Assembly (NCBI GenBank): GCA_964628285.1
Contig: CAZVNP010000005.1
Span: forward strand, 902 to 64,901
Length of the DNA stretch: 64,000 nt
Origin: an uncultured Lentimicrobiaceae bacterium
GTDB lineage: Bacteria > Bacteroidota > Bacteroidia > Bacteroidales > JAGONC01
Direction: 5' to 3'
Shown here: in pieces, positions 61,808 to 64,000 of the stretch
Position numbering within the stretch: the stretch's first letter is position 1
How the letters are laid out: every line of letters begins with the position of its first letter
The notes under the pieces: model-generated
What the model saw: only the letters and a program-made list of their open reading frames with translations
What the model was told of the DNA's origin: nothing
Databases searched by the model: none
Made by a program: the position numbers and the translations under genes

Positions 61808-62613
61808 ATCAACCGTTAGCATATGTTCATCCGCAAGCTAAAGTCCCCAATACGGTGGTTATTGAGCCTTTTGTAAATATTGAGAAGAATGTGGAGATCG
61901 GCGAAGGAACCTGGATCGGTTCTAATGTCACCATCATGGAGGGAGCCCGCATAGGTAAAAATTGCCGCATATTTCCGGGAGCCGTCATTTCGGCCATACC
62001 ACAGGATCTTAAATTCAACGGAGAGGATACCACAGTCAAAATAGGCAACAACACGACCATCCGTGAGTTTGTCACCATTCACCGTGGCACCAAGGCGAGT
62101 TTTGAAACGGTCATCGGCGACAATTGCCTCATCATGGCCTATGCCCATATCGCACATGATTGCATCATCGGCAACAATGTCATTTTAGCCAATGCCGCCA
62201 CTCTCGGTGGTCATATCACCATTGACGAGTGGGCTATCATTGGGGGCATGGCGGCTATACGGCAGTTTGTACACATCGGCTGCCATTCCATGGTCACCGG
62301 TGCCTCGCTGGTCAAGAAGGATGTGCCACCCTATGTGAAAGCGGCACGTGAACCTTTGTCATATGTCGGGGTTAACTCCATCGGATTGCGGCGTCGTGGC
62401 TTCACCACCGAAAAAATCAACGAGATACAGAACATCTATAGATTTTTATTCCTGAAAGGGTACAACGTCAGTCAGGCCGTATCGATCATTGAAGCCGATT
62501 TCCCTGTCTCTGCCGAAAGAGATGAGATCCTGTCGTTCATATCCCGCTCCAGCCTGGGCATCATGAGGGGCTACACAGGTAAAACCAGCTCAGGAAGAGC
62601 CGAACCGATCTGA
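61804..62613 (+). CDS. lpxA: UDP-N-acetylglucosamine O-acyltransferase
   Basis: PQDLK, IREFVTIHRGT, AHIAHDC, NSIGLRRRG. Confidence 0.95.
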   Translation: MNQPLAYVHPQAKVPNTVVIEPFVNIEKNVEIGEGTWIGSNVTIMEGARIGKNCRIFPGAVISAIPQDLKFNGEDTTVKIGNNTTIREFVTIHRGTKASFETVIGDNCLIMAYAHIAHDCIIGNNVILANAATLGGHITIDEWAIIGGMAAIRQFVHIGCHSMVTGASLVKKDVPPYVKAAREPLSYVGVNSIGLRRRGFTTEKINEIQNIYRFLFLKGYNVSQAVSIIEADFPVSAERDEILSFISRSSLGIMRGYTGKTSSGRAEPI

Positions 62614-62615
62614 CG

Positions 62616-63752
62616 ATGATCCGCATCGTTGCTGATGAGCATATTCCTTTTCTCAAAGGATCCTTTGAGCCTTATGCTGAGGTCATATACCTGCCCGGAC
62701 ACCTCATCACACGGTCTGTTCTGGGTGATGCCGACGGTCTGGTAACTCGTACCCGCACACGTTGCGATGCTGCTTTATTGCAGGGCACCCCTGTGCGGTT
62801 CATCGCATCAACCACTTCCGGATTCGAACACATCGACACGGATTTCTGCTCCGCCCATCACATCACATGGTATCATGCCGCAGGATGTAATTCATCTTCC
62901 GTCACACAATATGTGGCTACGGCACTTGCCACACTGTCGGTAAAAAACCATATAACGTTACAAGGATTGACGATCGGCATCATCGGAGCAGGTCACATCG
63001 GAACTAAAGTAGCCTCTTTATCAGAAGCGCTGGGATTGAGGGTTCTGCTGAACGACCCGCCACGGTCACACAGGGAAGGATCGTCGCAATTCGTATCTCT
63101 GCATCGCGTCCTGGACGAATCGGATATCATCACCCTGCATGTACCTTTGACGATGACCGGGCAGGACAGCACCTTTCATCTAATCAACGGCAAGGCTTTC
63201 CATTCGATGAAAAAGAACCTGTGGCTTCTCAACACCTCCCGGGGTCAGGTGATCGACAATGAAGCGTTGAAGGAAGCCCTGCGGTTAGGCAAAATACAGG
63301 AGGCCGTGCTGGATGTCTGGGATAATGAACCTGATATCGATCGCGAGCTGATGGATACGGTGAGCCTGGCCACACCCCATATCGCAGGTTATTCCGTGGA
63401 TGGCAAAGCCAATGCCACCGCCATGTGTCTGGAAGCTGTCAGCCGTTTTTTCATGCTGCCGGTGCCACCGCTCAGCCCCCACATCCTGCCGCCACCCGAA
63501 AAACCGGTTATCACCATCGATTGTGATGGCAAGGAGCAGCATGAGATCCTCAGGGAGGCCATCCTTTCCTCTTACGATATTGAGGAGGATGACCGGCGTC
63601 TGAGACGTTCGCCGTTGACTTTTGAGGCACAACGTGACCATTATCCGGAGCGTAGGGAATTCAATGCGTATACCGTCCATTTGATCCACCCTGTTCAAAA
63701 CATTGCAGAACTTTTATCACGAACCGGATTCCGGGTGTCCCAAAAAGCATAA
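62616..63752 (+). CDS. pdxB: Erythronate-4-phosphate dehydrogenase
   Basis: IVADEHIP, TRTRT, GAGHIG, LNDPP, LHVPL, NTSRG, TPHIAGYS, R..YPERRE. Confidence 0.92.
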   Translation: MIRIVADEHIPFLKGSFEPYAEVIYLPGHLITRSVLGDADGLVTRTRTRCDAALLQGTPVRFIASTTSGFEHIDTDFCSAHHITWYHAAGCNSSSVTQYVATALATLSVKNHITLQGLTIGIIGAGHIGTKVASLSEALGLRVLLNDPPRSHREGSSQFVSLHRVLDESDIITLHVPLTMTGQDSTFHLINGKAFHSMKKNLWLLNTSRGQVIDNEALKEALRLGKIQEAVLDVWDNEPDIDRELMDTVSLATPHIAGYSVDGKANATAMCLEAVSRFFMLPVPPLSPHILPPPEKPVITIDCDGKEQHEILREAILSSYDIEEDDRRLRRSPLTFEAQRDHYPERREFNAYTVHLIHPVQNIAELLSRTGFRVSQKA

Positions 63753-63781
63753 ATTGCATTCGTCATACCACGCTTTTCAAA

Positions 63782-64000
63782 ATGAAGAAAACCATATCCG
63801 AAAGGGCAGCCGATAACATCCGGATACTTTCGGCTGCCATGGTCGAGCAAGCCCGGTCAGGTCATCCCGGAGGTTCTATGGGCGGTGCTGATTTTATAAC
63901 GGTTTTATTCTCCGAATTTCTCCGTTTCGATCCGGAGGAGATGACGTGGCCTCTTCGTGACCGTTTTTTTCTGGATCCGGGTCATCTGTCGGCTGCTTTA
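63782..64000 (+). CDS. tkt: Transketolase (3' partial, not in ORF track)
   Basis: Hand translation: MKKTISERAADNIRILSAAMVEQARSGHPGGSMGGADF...RDRFFLDPGHLS. Confidence 0.9.
   Translation, partial: MKKTISERAADNIRILSAAMVEQARSGHPGGSMGGADFITVLFSEFLRFDPEEMTWPLRDRFFLDPGHLSAAL

Overview
Chromosomal window from a Bacteroidota (Bacteroidales-like) genome. Evidence: fused lpxC-fabZ, porX-tsaE, GWxTD-rlmB, DUF2582, T9SS-sorted proteins and TAnnTTTG promoters. The right half (~36.8-64 kb) is mostly core: exbB-exbD-exbD-tonB-pstS-like-TPR, gdhA, rlmB, amrS, dedA, aroB, ald, tsaE, porX, HD hydrolase, lpxD-lpxC/fabZ-lpxA, pdxB and the start of tkt. The left half (~1-36 kb) is accessory, with several damaged genes (truncated TonB receptor, frameshifted M1 peptidase, deleted TolC and MacB ATPase) and REP-like or heptamer repeat mosaics. 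Three candidates stand out. (1) A lipoprotein fusing a catalytically degenerate DUF62 (SAM hydrolase/fluorinase-fold) domain to a PF04392 ABC solute-binding domain. (2) A His/CxxC/RAPP leader peptide whose arrest codons start a long hairpin in front of a TonB-dependent receptor. (3) A KDSR-like SDR paired with an alpha-oxoamine synthase, a possible eukaryote-order sphinganine module. No rRNA, tRNA, CRISPR array or intact transposase was seen. All family calls come from motif recognition by eye, not database searches.
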